The translations under genes and the position numbers were made by a program. A stretch of 64,000 nt of DNA. It comes from Cetorhinus maximus. Lineage: Eukaryota. Numbering within the stretch: position 1 is the stretch's first letter; each line of letters starts with the position of its first letter. Of the stretch, positions 62,615 through 64,000 are shown in pieces. The notes under the pieces were generated by a model. That model was given only the letters and a program-made list of their open reading frames with translations. It was not told the DNA's origin and did no database searches. The DNA lies in the NCBI RefSeq assembly GCF_964194155.1, contig NC_135894.1, positions 51,274,001 through 51,338,000 on the forward strand. The letters run 5' to 3'.

Positions 62615-64000
62615 GGGTGGAATTGTCTAAGATTTGCACCAAGTACAGTAGCAGGTGGGAAAAAGGACGTTTTACCCACTGGTCGCAATGGCAGCTTTTC
62701 ACATCATCGTCCAAATCCTGCCTCATTAACAATGCATCCCCAGGAAACACACCATTTCAATGGTGGGCAGGTTCTCATTCACCTGCCACACAATTACCTT
62801 GCTGCTTCATCATGCCGGGTGCCATATTTAAAGTGCAGCCGCACACACATCTCAGTGCTTCCGGACAAGGACTGCTGCAAAGAAGACATGGTCCTGAAAG
62901 GCAAGAAGACTGCAGCACCCCACCCCGGTTTAATGATACCTCCCTCGAGTGCCTTTTGGACACAGTGGAGGCTCGCCATGATGTCCTCTAATCCTCCCCG
63001 GATGCACGAGAGGCAGCAACATCACCAACCTGGCTTGGGAGGCGGTGGCAGCTGTGGTCAGCGCCAACATCCTGCAAAAGTGAACAGCCACCCAGTGCCA
63101 AAAAAGGATGAATGATCTCCTTCATTCCACCAGGGTAAGCCACTCCTCATCACTCTCAACTCACACACTCACAAACTCATCACATATCCACAGGGCCCTC
63201 ACTCACTGCCAGTTCAAGGGATATCACCATTCACTCTCTCACACACACCTTCATTGTCCTCGTCCCGTCCATGGGACCACTCACCACCCACACATGCCAG
63301 GCATACTTATCACCTGGCCTGGCAGGCATCCTGCTTACACTCTCTCCATCTCTATTCATGCAGAACAAGTTGTTCCATGAGGCTTGTTATACCTTTGCTC
63401 TGCTGCAGTCTGAGGCTGCTGCACGAGTATCATCAGCTGAATCCTTTGCGGGTAGCCCTTGTCCCCAAGGAGCTATCACTGCAGCCTCTGTGAAACCTGG
63501 AAGATGTCAGGGATCTGAGACCCACTGAGAATGTAGGAGTCGTGGACACTTGTTGGGAAACCTGCGTAGACCTGCAGGATGCGTTTGGTGTGGTTGCACA
63601 CCAGCCGAACAGTCAGGGAATGGAAGCCCTTGCGGTTGACATAGTTGATTGCTTGTTACCACGGGTAGCTGAGCACCACATGTGTGCAGTTGAAGGCACC
63701 CTGCACCTGTGGAAAACTTGTGATCTGGGCAAATCCCAGCGCTCTTGCATCCTAGGTTTATTGGTCCTTGGCAAAATGCACAAAGTTGTGCATCTTCGTG
63801 AAGTTGGCATCCATAACCTCATGGATGCATTTGTGGGTAGAGGCTTGCGATATTGCACAGAGATCACCTGTGGAGCACTGACAGGAGCCACTGGCATAAA
63901 AATTGAGTGCCGTGGTCACTTTCACGGCCATTGGCAGTGGATGCCCTCCATGTCCCCGTGGTGCCAAACCCTGTAGCAGCTGACAAATGTGTCCGACATG
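62615..64000. mobile_element. Harbinger element Y (Myb exon 1 on +, transposase on -), runs off the window
   Basis: Starts GGGTGGAATTGTCTAAGATTTGCACC, the reverse complement of the family right end. Myb exon 62888-63134 with donor GTAAGC. Confidence 0.85.
63362..64000 (-). pseudogene. HARBI1-like transposase pseudogene (N-terminal HTH region to GDKGY)
   Basis: [49 protein letters not shown]...AEQRYNKPH. Stops present. Truncated before the catalytic Glu. Confidence 0.9.

Noticed and set aside
62146-62991. Longest ORF in the window (281 aa, + strand)
   Set aside because: It is antisense to a transposase remnant and runs across an element junction and TIR, so it is a chance fusion.
39390-64000. 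Host genes HARBI1, NAIF1 or MSANTD
   Set aside because: Multiple copies with TIRs/TSDs, stops and frameshifts indicate decayed transposons, not domesticated single-copy genes.

Overview
Repeat-dense, AT-rich vertebrate genomic DNA, almost certainly from an elasmobranch (shark): it carries an HE1-type tRNA SINE, shark-type CR1/L2 LINE fragments and the shark Penelope-type palindromic repeat. I recognise no intact host protein-coding gene. Most ORFs in the supplied track are shadows of decayed repeats. The window is dominated by a PIF/Harbinger DNA-transposon family: at least 9 long decayed copies or fragments with a convergent HARBI1-like DDE transposase and an intron-containing Myb/SANT-coiled-coil gene, plus at least 5 MITE-like derivatives, several with clear 3-bp TSDs. 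It also holds nested Gypsy/Ty3 elements and solo LTRs. The most notable observations are: (i) three short local templated duplications (79-116 bp, source 0.8-2.3 kb away), each at or next to a Harbinger terminus; (ii) a minimal hammerhead-ribozyme motif inside a palindromic Penelope-type insert; (iii) a non-autonomous Harbinger subfamily that keeps only the Myb/SANT exon; (iv) repeat-free islands that look like developmental enhancers; (v) a tentative chain of phase-compatible minus-strand exons that I cannot identify. All family calls come from motif recognition by eye, and repeat boundaries without a TSD are approximate.
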